DNA of 57,856 nt from positions 1 to 57,856 of the forward strand of contig CAZDVV010000002.1 of the NCBI GenBank assembly GCA_964508875.1, read 5' to 3'. The notes beneath the pieces were generated by a model, which saw nothing but the letters and a program-made list of their open reading frames with translations, made no database searches and was not told where the DNA came from. The position numbers were made by a program, and so were the translations under genes. This DNA comes from an uncultured Desulfobacteraceae bacterium (GTDB taxonomy: Bacteria > Desulfobacterota > DSM-4660 > Desulfatiglandales > Desulfatiglandaceae). Position 1 is the first letter of the stretch. Every line of letters begins with the position of its first letter. Positions 17,684 through 27,003 of this stretch are shown here, piece by piece.

Positions 17684-18673
17684 ATGAAGGTAATCGCCAT
17701 CGCGAATCAAAAAGGCGGATGCGGCAAAACAACAACGGCTATCAATCTATCATCTTTGCTGGCGTCAAAGGGGCAGAGGGTGGTTTTGATAGATGCGGAC
17801 CCACAGGCCCATGCAACCATGGGGCTCAACCTGATGCCAAGCGAACTTGACAAAACCATGTTTGATGTACTGTCACCCAGTAATAATGGGAATATGCCCA
17901 TGTCTGAGATTTTATTGTCAGTAAAAGAAAACCTGTGGCTTGCACCTTCCAGTGCAAGACTGAGCGCAGTGGAACAGGAACTGGCAGGAGTACAGGGGCG
18001 CGAAAGCAAGCTATACAGGGCAATGGGTACCCTCGGGGATGGCTATGACTATGCTATTATAGATTGCCCACCAAGTATCGGCCACCTTTGCGTAAACGGG
18101 CTGAGGGCGGCCCAAGAGGTAATCATTCCCATTGACTTGTCACTGTTCTCCCTGAGAGGGGTTTCAAAATTGATGGAGATTGTTCTCATGCTGAAAGACC
18201 GGCTGGGCCATGACGTGCGGGCTCGGGCCTTAGTCACCATGTTTGACAACAGGACTAAGTATTCAAGGTTAGTCCTTGACAAGGTAAAAGAGAGATTCAG
18301 TGGCAATGTGTATGATACCGTAATCCGATATAATATTAGACTACGGGAGACTGTGGACTCAGGTCTACCCATTTCTGATTATGACCGAAGGTCCATTGGA
18401 TATAAAGACTATGAGAGGTTGGCAGAAGAGGTGCTCAATGGAGCGGCTGTCTTTTCTGCTGGTGATCATGCCTCCCTTGCTGCAGCAGAGGACTTTATAG
18501 AAGAGGCTGAGGGGTTAAGGAAAGTGGCCATGGAGGGTGATGAGGAAATGATTGCTGATGAACAGGAGCGGTTTCAGGCGCAGGGATTTTCATCCTTGTA
18601 TCCTTCTATGGCCGAGGCCTTGGTGGTAAACAGCTCCCCTGGTCTGGCTAATGAGGATGAGGAGGATTTTTAG
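17684..18673 (+). CDS. ParA/Soj-family (MinD/ParA superfamily) ATPase with acidic C-terminal extension
   Basis: Deviant Walker [19 protein letters not shown], and an acidic tail of about 75 aa ending NEDEEDF. Confidence 0.85.
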   Translation: MKVIAIANQKGGCGKTTTAINLSSLLASKGQRVVLIDADPQAHATMGLNLMPSELDKTMFDVLSPSNNGNMPMSEILLSVKENLWLAPSSARLSAVEQELAGVQGRESKLYRAMGTLGDGYDYAIIDCPPSIGHLCVNGLRAAQEVIIPIDLSLFSLRGVSKLMEIVLMLKDRLGHDVRARALVTMFDNRTKYSRLVLDKVKERFSGNVYDTVIRYNIRLRETVDSGLPISDYDRRSIGYKDYERLAEEVLNGAAVFSAGDHASLAAAEDFIEEAEGLRKVAMEGDEEMIADEQERFQAQGFSSLYPSMAEALVVNSSPGLANEDEEDF

Positions 18674-18691
18674 TCCCGCGGAGGGATAGAG

Positions 18692-19039
18692 ATGGAAATC
18701 AAAGGGGAAACCAAGGAACTGGACGAAGTGTTGGATCTATTCATATCTTCCAAAGAACAAGACTCAAAGGCACCTTGGGCTGAACAGGACTCGGTCCAAG
18801 GCAGAGAACCAAAGAAAACGAGGGCATTGCCCCTTGCGGAAACGACTCGGATTAGAAAGGAAATTACGTGCCCTGCGGGCCCTGGCGCCCAGGACAGGCT
18901 ACGGGGTCTACTTTTTGAATATCTTCAGGACGACTATGAAATAACCAGAGTGGAGGTCCGTAAGGTCACCCAGAGGACTGAAGAGAACAGGAAAATCCAC
19001 CAAGAGGAGGAGGTCTCTCTGGTAATCAAGGAGTCCTAA
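18692..19039 (+). CDS. Hypothetical protein (115 aa), candidate ParA partner
   Basis: Starts 18 nt after the ParA-like stop, with GGAGGGATAGAG upstream. It is charged and I recognise no family. Confidence 0.45.
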   Translation: MEIKGETKELDEVLDLFISSKEQDSKAPWAEQDSVQGREPKKTRALPLAETTRIRKEITCPAGPGAQDRLRGLLFEYLQDDYEITRVEVRKVTQRTEENRKIHQEEEVSLVIKES

Positions 19040-19080
19040 CAATAGGCCTTGCAGAGGTGAGCGCCCTGTGACAGAATGTG

Positions 19081-20244
19081 CTAAGAGGTGCGGAGCCGCG
19101 GGGGCAGTACAAATACCTTTCTAGGGCCTTCCTGAAGTGAAATGGCCTCTTCAGGACAAAAGCGTGCACATATTCCGCATCCAAAACAGGCGTTTTCGTC
19201 CCTCTCGGCCTTACCCTCATCGTTAAGCACAATAGCATCAGTGGGGCATCTATCCACGCACTCGCCACAGCCCACGCATATGTCCTGGTCTATGATAGAA
19301 AGATAGTTGGTTGCGTTTACTAGTGGAAAGGCTCCTTCCCGCCATAGCCTTAAGGTATCACAACAGTCCTTGCAGCAATTGCAGATGCTGGTCTCGGGCC
19401 GGGAAATTTTTGAGTTGGGATGAAACGCCTTATGAACGAGCCCTGCCTCTTCAGCCTGCTTCATGATCTCCAGCGCTTCTTCTTTGCTCACCATTCGGGC
19501 AAAACCCTGAGCCACCGTATGGCGGGCGGACTTTCCAAAGGTGAAGCAGTTCTCAGTAGGGGCTCCAAGAGAACAAGAATGGCCCAGCACAGATCTTCTT
19601 TGACGGCAGAAGCAGTGACCAACGGCTATTTCATCAAATTTGTCAATTATCTCCTCAATGGATTGGCTGGCGAGAATGACCTCAGTGGGGGTCTCTATTT
19701 GGCGATCCACAGATATGATTCTTATGGGCTTGCCATCCTCTGTTTTTCGCAAGGGCACAGTTCTGTCTATGGGGGGCATTTGCTTGAGAAGAGGGACGAA
19801 GGCATCATAATTCTTTTGGACCTGGTCCCTCATTTGAGTGATAAGGTCTTGAAAAAGGTGGGCGAGCCTTTTTTCTTTTTCATCGCCCTTGAGCTTGCCC
19901 ATAAACCTATATTCCATCAATCCTACGGTCATAAGCGGAAGAATGCGATAGACCATGATGCCCGCTGAACTGGGTTGATTGAAAAGCAACCCCTTCTTTG
20001 CAAGGCTGGCAGTAAGTTCCTCTATCTTATCTTCCGTAAGGCCACTGGAGTTCTTCAATTCTTCCAGGGTCTGAGAGGGCTTATCGCGGAATGCCCATAT
20101 GAGATCAAGCTCATCTTTATTGTCTTCTACTACCTCTTTGATAATACCAATAGTTATGTTGTTGACGGGGAAGGGGATGATTCCTTGCTTGCAGATTACA
20201 CTGGCGGCTCGTTCGTACTTTTCATCAAGACCTGAATTCTGCAT
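19081..20244 (-). CDS. 4Fe-4S dicluster domain protein with additional Cys-rich region
   Basis: Two ferredoxin motifs (CVGCGECVDRCP and CFGCGICARFCP), plus upstream CFCRQRR...HSC and CNCCKDCC clusters. Confidence 0.75.
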   Translation of the reverse strand: MQNSGLDEKYERAASVICKQGIIPFPVNNITIGIIKEVVEDNKDELDLIWAFRDKPSQTLEELKNSSGLTEDKIEELTASLAKKGLLFNQPSSAGIMVYRILPLMTVGLMEYRFMGKLKGDEKEKRLAHLFQDLITQMRDQVQKNYDAFVPLLKQMPPIDRTVPLRKTEDGKPIRIISVDRQIETPTEVILASQSIEEIIDKFDEIAVGHCFCRQRRSVLGHSCSLGAPTENCFTFGKSARHTVAQGFARMVSKEEALEIMKQAEEAGLVHKAFHPNSKISRPETSICNCCKDCCDTLRLWREGAFPLVNATNYLSIIDQDICVGCGECVDRCPTDAIVLNDEGKAERDENACFGCGICARFCPEEAISLQEGPRKVFVLPPRLRTS

Positions 20245-20345
20245 ACCATATACCTCCTAAGTCCGCTGCATGTTATCTTTAACAGTTTCAATATCTAGCC
20301 TATTTTGCCCCATAGTTCCATAAGTTTTCTGCTTCACTATTCGTT

Positions 20346-20366
20346 TTTGTGGAATTTAGCCACAAA
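20346..20366. promoter_or_regulatory. Palindrome TTTGTGG-AATTTAG-CCACAAA (candidate operator)
   Basis: Perfect 7-bp arms, about 100 nt upstream of the 4Fe-4S protein start. Confidence 0.3.
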
Positions 20367-20698
20367 GTGTCGTAAAAGGGCAATAATTGGGATGCCAGAA
20401 CTATCCAAGATTATGTGCCAATACGGAAATTGATTCCTCCTGGACCATATTGTGGTATTTTGGCCTCACCTGAGTGGGGAAGGGTAATGGCTACTCATTT
20501 GTGCCTCATCTGGGACAATAAGACCTAGCTTGCAGCCATGATTTACTGCCCATATGTCATTTCAAAAATGGAGTGATAAGAAATTTCATTGGTGTCCAAG
20601 AAAAGATAAGGTTGGGCTTTGTGGCTAGAAATATCAATTGGTTAGCGTCCCTTATTGCTATTTTGAAATTTAGGTTGGTCATTTGTTTATTGTTATCC

Positions 20699-20825
20699 GG
20701 GAAACGGCACATTCTCTTCGCTACGCTCCCTTCGCCATCCTTGGCTTCGGTCACTGCGGATTTTGGCCCTTTCGCTGTCCTGCTCAAGGCCCAAAATACG
20801 CCGCTCCGAGAATGTCCCGTTCCCC
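20699..20825. repeat. 127-nt structured inverted-repeat element (18-nt terminal arms, nested internal stems); ncRNA or MITE/REP-like
   Basis: GGGAAACGGCACATTCTC (20699-20716) pairs 16/18 with GAGAATGTCCCGTTCCCC (20808-20825). An inner stem forms between GCGGATTTTGGCC and GGCCCAAAATACGCCGC. Confidence 0.4.
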
Positions 20826-20901
20826 TCTTTGCTAAATTGAAACCGTTTTTGGACAGGTATAAAGAAATCTGATTTCTGGTAGTCCGTAGGAGGAAAAGAC
20901 A

Positions 20902-22245
20902 ATGGATCTTGAAACAATCCGAAAGGATGCGGAGGATATTTTTAAAAGCTGTTTGAAGGCTGTTGATCCCCATAAGGCGGTTAAAAGGGCCTTGAGGGTA
21001 AAGGGCAATTTAATGGTGGTCAAGGATGAGGGCGAGGGGGAGCAGGAGATTGATCTGGCAAGGTATAAGAGGATTTTTGTTGTGGGAGGTGGTAAGGCCA
21101 CAGCACCCATGGCCCAGGCGGTTGAGGAAATCCTGGGTGAAAGAATCACGGCCGGCTTCATAAATGTCAAGTACGGATTCGGACTTACATTGAAATTTAC
21201 TGAAGTCTGGGAAGCGGGACACCCTCTTCCCGATCAAAATGGATTGGAAGGGGCCAAGAGGATTGTGGAAATTCTTAGGCAGGCTGGTGAAGATGACTTG
21301 ATACTCTCCCTCATCTCGGGCGGGGGCTCTGCCCTTTTGCCCTTTCCTGCCGATGAGATTACCTTGGAAGAAAAGCAGCAGGTAACAGAAATGCTCCTTG
21401 AGTGCGGCGCCAGTATTGATGAGATCAATGCAGTGCGGAAACACATCTCTCTTTCCAAAGGGGGGCAGATGGCCCGTGCTGCCTATCCAGCCACTACCAT
21501 TAACCTTATGCTATCAGACGTAGTGGGTGATAGGATGGACGTCATAGCATCCGGGCCCTTTGTTCCTGATACCTCTACTTTTATGGATGCCCAGGAGGTT
21601 TTCAAGAAATATGGTCTCGAGCACTTGCCTCCAAAAGTGAGCTCATATATCAGGGATGGAATTGATGGTAGGGTACCTGAGACGCCCAAGGAAGGAGACC
21701 CAGTATTCAAGAATGTCTCTAATATTATCGTAGGGAGTAACATCATAGCATTGATGGCGGCTCAGCGCAGGGCCATGGAACTGGGCTACCATACACTTAT
21801 CCTGTCATCCATGATAGAGGGGGAAACAAGAGATGTGGCACGGGTACATGCTGCAATTGCCAAGGAAATTCTAAGAACTGGCAATCCTCTCAAACCTCCT
21901 GTCTGCATAATTTCTGGAGGAGAGACAACCGTGACCATCCGCGGAAAAGGAAAGGGAGGAAGGAATCAGGAATTTTGCCTTGCAGCTGCCATGGATATTT
22001 CAGGGCTGCCTCCCAGAGTTGTTATTCTCAGCGGGGGAACTGACGGCAACGATGGGCCCACCGATGCAGCCGGGGGCATTGTGGATCCAAAGACAATCAG
22101 TAAGGCTGAGGAGAATGGCCTCAATGCCTTGAAAGTCCTACAAAATAACGATGCCTATAATTTCCTCAAGGCCACAGGAGACCTGTTGATCACTGGCCCG
22201 ACCAAGACCAATGTTATGGATGTACATATAGTTATTATACAATAG
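20902..22245 (+). CDS. Glycerate kinase, DUF4147/MOFRL family (glycerate 2-kinase / TtuD-like)
   Basis: GGGKA, SGGGSAL, GGETTV and a C-terminal MOFRL-like region (GTDGNDGPTD). AGGAGG RBS is present. Confidence 0.85.
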   Translation: MDLETIRKDAEDIFKSCLKAVDPHKAVKRALRVKGNLMVVKDEGEGEQEIDLARYKRIFVVGGGKATAPMAQAVEEILGERITAGFINVKYGFGLTLKFTEVWEAGHPLPDQNGLEGAKRIVEILRQAGEDDLILSLISGGGSALLPFPADEITLEEKQQVTEMLLECGASIDEINAVRKHISLSKGGQMARAAYPATTINLMLSDVVGDRMDVIASGPFVPDTSTFMDAQEVFKKYGLEHLPPKVSSYIRDGIDGRVPETPKEGDPVFKNVSNIIVGSNIIALMAAQRRAMELGYHTLILSSMIEGETRDVARVHAAIAKEILRTGNPLKPPVCIISGGETTVTIRGKGKGGRNQEFCLAAAMDISGLPPRVVILSGGTDGNDGPTDAAGGIVDPKTISKAEENGLNALKVLQNNDAYNFLKATGDLLITGPTKTNVMDVHIVIIQ

Positions 22246-22284
22246 CCGGTGATGATTCTTTTGGGCCAACCTCGGCCAAAACCG
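22245..22284. terminator. Hairpin between convergent genes (TTTTGGGCC-aacctc-GGCCAAAA with outer CCGGT/ACCGG)
   Basis: The stem-loop is seen directly, and its T/A tracts allow it to work in both directions. Confidence 0.4.
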
Positions 22285-22286
22285 GT

Positions 22287-23519
22287 CTATCTTTGTTTCC
22301 ACCTTCGTATGAGATAGGGCTTTGTCATCTCAAAGGTCATACAGTCTTCCTCTATGGTTTCTTCGGCCTGTTTGATGGACATTCTCTTGGTTTTCCTTAC
22401 AAAGGAAAGGGTCTTCCCAAAGTACAGGGGGATCAGGGAGTCCATCATCAAATCCCTGTCGGCTAGTTCATCCCGGTAGGAGACGGCAACATCAAAAAGA
22501 AGCCGGGCCCACAGATCAGTGGGAAAATTAAATTCATGTTCTTTAAGGCTGCAGATTTCTACAAGTTTATTGAATACGTCGGGACTCAAGATTTCCTGCC
22601 ACAGGTCCTGATATTGTTCAAAACCTGCATGAAATTTGTTCAGAAGATTCTGGGTGTCCACCTCGACTTTAGGCGGCATTTCCGTCTCTCCAAGGCCAAA
22701 GCCATAAATGGCCGTGGGGCGACTGTATTTTACCTTCATCCACATGCCACTGAAATGGGTCATCAAGGTGAATATCGTGCCCACAACCTGCCGGAACATG
22801 GGCCCGAGGTGTGCCCCGGGATCCTTGGTGCGATGGATCTTGGGCCTTCCCATGAACGACTGACATACTCGTGCCTTATTAGCAATGGCAAGGGTGGTCA
22901 TCCAGATGTCAATTCCAAAGTTGGCCACGGCATCATTCCATGTATCACTTCCAAGATATACCCTAGCCAGTTTTGCAGAAAATCCAAAGTCTCCGCCAAT
23001 GGGTTGACGCACACGTCTACCGTAAAGTGCCCTGGTCATTGGATAGGCAATACCATTGGTAATGGTGCCATCGTACTTGTGTCGTATGTAGAGAGGGGCT
23101 ACATAGGAGAAGCCATTGTACAGGGGCTCTCCTAGGTGTTTTATCCATTCCGGAGTGATGCTCTTTAAGTCAGCATCAACAACAACCACAGCCTTGGCCT
23201 GGAGATCCAAGACCTTGCGAAAAAGATTTTGGAAATTGTTTCCCTTGCCCTTAACTCCCGGGGGGGTAGAAAGATAGATTTTTGGAGCCTTGGTCGGGGT
23301 GTCCAGAAATACCTCTCGGGTGCCGTCCGAGGAGTTGTTATCGCAGTTGATTATTACGGTCTTTTTTTCGCGGAAATACTTACTCAGCCCCTGATCTGCC
23401 TGGGTTATGGGAAAGGCAATGGAGTCAGCCTCATTGTACGAGGGAATGCAGACGACCATTTCTGCTCTCTTCACGCCATCAGGATTTATTTCAGGTTGAA
23501 AGTCACCGGACATCAACAT
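22287..23519 (-). CDS. GT-A fold glycosyltransferase resembling mannosylglycerate/glucosylglycerate synthase-type enzymes
   Basis: VCIPSYNE, GKGNN, VVDADL..ITPEWI, QPIGGDFGF and FGIDIWMT parallel the conserved blocks of Rhodothermus-type mannosylglycerate synthase as I recall them. Confidence 0.55.
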   Translation of the reverse strand: MLMSGDFQPEINPDGVKRAEMVVCIPSYNEADSIAFPITQADQGLSKYFREKKTVIINCDNNSSDGTREVFLDTPTKAPKIYLSTPPGVKGKGNNFQNLFRKVLDLQAKAVVVVDADLKSITPEWIKHLGEPLYNGFSYVAPLYIRHKYDGTITNGIAYPMTRALYGRRVRQPIGGDFGFSAKLARVYLGSDTWNDAVANFGIDIWMTTLAIANKARVCQSFMGRPKIHRTKDPGAHLGPMFRQVVGTIFTLMTHFSGMWMKVKYSRPTAIYGFGLGETEMPPKVEVDTQNLLNKFHAGFEQYQDLWQEILSPDVFNKLVEICSLKEHEFNFPTDLWARLLFDVAVSYRDELADRDLMMDSLIPLYFGKTLSFVRKTKRMSIKQAEETIEEDCMTFEMTKPYLIRRWKQR

Positions 23520-24376
23520 ATTCCTCCGTGGGTTTTCAAAAATTTCATGACTCCTTCATTCCAGCCTTTAGGCCCCCTTTGGGTTGTTACCATGAGTCTT
23601 GACAAATGTGCCTCTAGGCTGCCCAATTTCTCGCGCTCGCCCACAAAAATGGGCTGGTCAACGGCTTCCAGCATTGGGATGTCGTTATCGCTATCCCCTA
23701 TGCCCAAACAGTAAATGCTATGGCCCATATCTCGATACCAGCCAATTAGACGCCTGGTGGCCAATCCCTTATCAGAATTGCCATGAAGGTGAAAAAATCT
23801 TCCTCCTTTGCTCACCTTCAGGCCCTTGCGGTGAGCGGCTTTGGTGATGAGGGTTTCTTGGTCTTCTCTCATATCTTCTACGATGAACGGCTCATCGAAT
23901 TCCCTTTTTGCTGCCCTCCGAGCTTGCTCAAGATCTAGTCCCGTAAGAGAGGAGATTTGACGCGGATCCATATCTGAAAAGCCTATAATCTTACATCCCG
24001 TTTCCGCTGCAATTTCCTTTAGGGCAGATTTTAGGATCTCATATGGGACCCCAAGGGACCATCTCCAGAAATTATTCACTGATTCGCTACCCACAGGTGG
24101 CGCTGGGAATCTAGTTTTTGGAAAAAAGATGCCGCCGCCATTCTCCGTAATAAATGGGTCCTGTATGTCAAGGTCCTCTATGATTAGTTCCAGCTCCGCA
24201 CGGGTCTTACTGGTAACCAGAATAATCGGAATATCAAGGCGCTTACAATGAGCAATAGCCTCCTTTGCGTCCTTCCAGGAATAGGTGAACGGATCCAGGA
24301 GTGTTCCATCCAGATCACTGAATATCACTAAAAAAGGGGAGGTTTTCTCCCCGCAACTTTTACCATTCGCTATCAC
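23513..24376 (-). CDS. HAD-IIB phosphatase, mannosyl-3-phosphoglycerate phosphatase (MPGP/YedP) family
   Basis: FSDLDGTLL, VTSKTR, ENGGG and GDSDND motifs. The start is GTG and the 3' end overlaps the next gene by 7 nt. Confidence 0.75.
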   Translation of the reverse strand: MIANGKSCGEKTSPFLVIFSDLDGTLLDPFTYSWKDAKEAIAHCKRLDIPIILVTSKTRAELELIIEDLDIQDPFITENGGGIFFPKTRFPAPPVGSESVNNFWRWSLGVPYEILKSALKEIAAETGCKIIGFSDMDPRQISSLTGLDLEQARRAAKREFDEPFIVEDMREDQETLITKAAHRKGLKVSKGGRFFHLHGNSDKGLATRRLIGWYRDMGHSIYCLGIGDSDNDIPMLEAVDQPIFVGEREKLGSLEAHLSRLMVTTQRGPKGWNEGVMKFLKTHGGIC

Positions 24377-24397
24377 AGAGACTGACCCTTTTTCGTG

Positions 24398-25771
24398 TCA
24401 AGCAAAACGCCGTTTTTCCTCCTCTACCACCTCGACTATATCATAAAAGATACGAGGGAGTTTATTATTTACCCTTTCCCATGACACCGTCTGTGGAGTT
24501 TCGAAGATCTTTTGTTGGGTCTTTTTCTCGACCGCTAGGATTGCATCCGCAAGACCATTTTGGAGAAAGGGCCTGAACTCGGGATAAGAGTTTACAAATC
24601 TCAGGAATCTTTCAGTCACTCGATAGGGAGAAGTGAGAATTTCTCCTGCCTGAAGGATACAGCTTCTGAATACCTCCTTGACCAAAAACTCTTCATGGTC
24701 TCTATTATATAAAAGATTGCTGAAATCTGCGTCGTCCGAGTATTTTCTTATCTGATCCTCTGCTATGGCCTGATACGTGATGGCAAGATCCCTAAAGAAT
24801 GTATCGGAGATTTCTAGGCCCTCTTCTATAACTAAGGCATTCATAAGGGTGGTCACAATATCTACCGCCATTCTGTTAAGGCCTTTTCGCTGATCCTCTG
24901 GCGACACTTCCTGATGTTTGTGGTCAAAGGGCTCCTCTGAGAACATGACCTCGGCGGCAGAAGAAGCCTTACGGTATACCTCAATCAAGGTAAAAATCTC
25001 TACACCCCAGTTGGTGGCAAAGCGCATCTTTTTGAGCAGGTCTGTCCTAAATGCAACCTCGCCAGAGAGTTGGTATTTGAAGCTCAAAAGGAACTCAATT
25101 AGCCTCAATACCTTTTCTTCTTTGCTTTCTGTAAACTTTCTTTTAAGGGCTAACAGTAGAGGGTCTAAGAGCAACCTTTTTACTCGGCCATATAGTTCCC
25201 TGTCGGCGAGCCTTGCGTAATATGCCTTTGAAAAATCATAGTTCAGAACCACCACGGGAAAAAGCAGCCTATGTAATTGGACACGTTTGAATGTGCGAAT
25301 ATCCGCATCTATTAGACCTATGGCCTGAGCACCAAGGGCTATGGCGATGCCAAAACTGAGGAACATGTTTTTGCCTTTTCCTGGTTCGGTTATGTTGAAG
25401 CCTGCTGTTGTAAGCTGCTCATATATGGAGGAAAAACCCGGCCCATCATTCCACTGGATAATGTAATTCTTGATCCCAGCTCCCTTGATGAGATCCCGCA
25501 ACTCGAATGCCTCTTCTTGAGTAGCCTTATCCAGTCCGAATATAATGGTCGCGAGATAAGTCACATCTCTCAATTGTTTCAATATATTCAAGAATACGGG
25601 GCGGTTAGCAGGATCAACATATTCACTAGAAAGAAGGGGAATCACCAGGACGGTCTTTTTCCATTTGGAGTGGAGCCGTAATTGGGTCAACAGGTGTTTT
25701 CGATCCTGGCGAAGTATATGGAAGGTGGTTATGCGACCACTATTTTGTGAAAAGTCGGAAATTTTGTTCAC
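24398..25771 (-). CDS. Glycosyl-3-phosphoglycerate synthase-like glycosyltransferase (MpgS/GpgS-like)
   Basis: The blocks VIPLLSSE, IIQWNDGPG and GKGKNM...GLIDADI parallel VIVPMKNE, MIHQKDPG and GKGEGM...GFVDADN of archaeal mannosyl-3-phosphoglycerate synthase (from memory). A C-terminal extension is present. Confidence 0.55.
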   Translation of the reverse strand: MNKISDFSQNSGRITTFHILRQDRKHLLTQLRLHSKWKKTVLVIPLLSSEYVDPANRPVFLNILKQLRDVTYLATIIFGLDKATQEEAFELRDLIKGAGIKNYIIQWNDGPGFSSIYEQLTTAGFNITEPGKGKNMFLSFGIAIALGAQAIGLIDADIRTFKRVQLHRLLFPVVVLNYDFSKAYYARLADRELYGRVKRLLLDPLLLALKRKFTESKEEKVLRLIEFLLSFKYQLSGEVAFRTDLLKKMRFATNWGVEIFTLIEVYRKASSAAEVMFSEEPFDHKHQEVSPEDQRKGLNRMAVDIVTTLMNALVIEEGLEISDTFFRDLAITYQAIAEDQIRKYSDDADFSNLLYNRDHEEFLVKEVFRSCILQAGEILTSPYRVTERFLRFVNSYPEFRPFLQNGLADAILAVEKKTQQKIFETPQTVSWERVNNKLPRIFYDIVEVVEEEKRRFA

Positions 25772-25812
25772 CCCCGGAAATAATTAACATGATTCTATTG
25801 CAGGGCAAGAAG

Positions 25813-27003
25813 TTATCTGAATGACCATGTTTTGTCAATCTTAGTTCTGCGAGTGGAACTTCCGCCAAGCCTCAATGGACGCAGATATGTTATTGGATTT
25901 AACAGGAGGCTCATATAGGACTTTTGACATGACATGACCTCCATCATGCCTTCGCATATACGCTCTCCGTAAATGGCAAAGACTGCACACATGAAAGACG
26001 GATAGTCATAGATCCACCGGCCCACCCTTTTCGCAAGACGTATATGTTTGATAATTTGGTTTTGGAGCAAGGCCGTGTAATGCCTAGCAACCCTTTCTTT
26101 CTTATTCCCACCCAATCGGATTGCCTGTGCTGCCAATTGGCCACTCAGAACTGCATTGGATATTCCTTCGGCCGTAAGGGGATCTGCCAGGCCCGCAGCA
26201 TCTCCTGTGAGAAGGACTCGGTCCTGGGCAAATGTGCTTTTCCCAGACAACAGGCTGATAACAGACGCCCTTTTTTCCATGATGCTGGAGTCCTTGAGGC
26301 CAAGAAAACCAAGATAATCATCCATGTATCGGTCCAAATCAACCCTTCCCTTTCTCATCCTTCCTACACCCACGGAGAGATGATCTTTCTTGGGAAAAAC
26401 CCATCCATAACCCTGGGGCACAAAGCCTATGTCGAATCTTGCAGCCCTGCCACAATGGGTCAGGAGTTCTTTGTTTACCTGAATCTCGCATTCTATGGCA
26501 GGAACCAAGTCCAGGGCACGAGCAAACCCTGTCTTTCTGGCCACCCGGCTTAAGGCTCCATCGGCTGCGATGAGGTATCTGCTAGTAAAAGTGCCTTTTG
26601 TTGATATTACGTGGACCCTTTCCTGCCGTACTTCAACATCCTTGACCTCACAGCCATCAAACACTGTGGCGCCTGCCGATGAGGCTGCCTCAGCCAATAG
26701 ATGGTCAAAGTCTTTGCGCATGACCATACCCAAGATGGGCTCGGGTTTTTTGGTTCTAAGGGAAAGACCAGCGGGTATAACATTCACCACTGTTTCGTGG
26801 CAGTATCTAGTAACCGAGTCCAGGACTTGGTTTGGCAGACGCCGGAGGCCCCGAATTACCAGGCCCCCAGCGCAAGGTTTGGACCTGGGGAGCTGATCTT
26901 TTTCAAGGACTGCCACCTCATAACCTGATTCAGCCAAACTGGCTGCTGTAGAGCTGCCCGCAGGGCCTGCGCCAACAACTATTACGTTATAGTGCTGATC
27001 CAT
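25813..27003 (-). CDS. Geranylgeranyl reductase family FAD-dependent oxidoreductase
   Basis: VIVVGAGPAGS dinucleotide-binding motif and GDAAG, at the length typical of this family. Confidence 0.8.
   Translation of the reverse strand: MDQHYNVIVVGAGPAGSSTAASLAESGYEVAVLEKDQLPRSKPCAGGLVIRGLRRLPNQVLDSVTRYCHETVVNVIPAGLSLRTKKPEPILGMVMRKDFDHLLAEAASSAGATVFDGCEVKDVEVRQERVHVISTKGTFTSRYLIAADGALSRVARKTGFARALDLVPAIECEIQVNKELLTHCGRAARFDIGFVPQGYGWVFPKKDHLSVGVGRMRKGRVDLDRYMDDYLGFLGLKDSSIMEKRASVISLLSGKSTFAQDRVLLTGDAAGLADPLTAEGISNAVLSGQLAAQAIRLGGNKKERVARHYTALLQNQIIKHIRLAKRVGRWIYDYPSFMCAVFAIYGERICEGMMEVMSCQKSYMSLLLNPITYLRPLRLGGSSTRRTKIDKTWSFR

Noticed and set aside
20557-20973. 138-aa (minus) and 99-aa (plus, 20573..20872) ORFs in the large intergenic region
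   Set aside because: They overlap each other and the inverted-repeat element. They use non-ATG or poorly supported starts, have no RBS and a low-complexity composition. The minus-strand ORF also runs into the glycerate kinase start. The region is better explained as non-coding.
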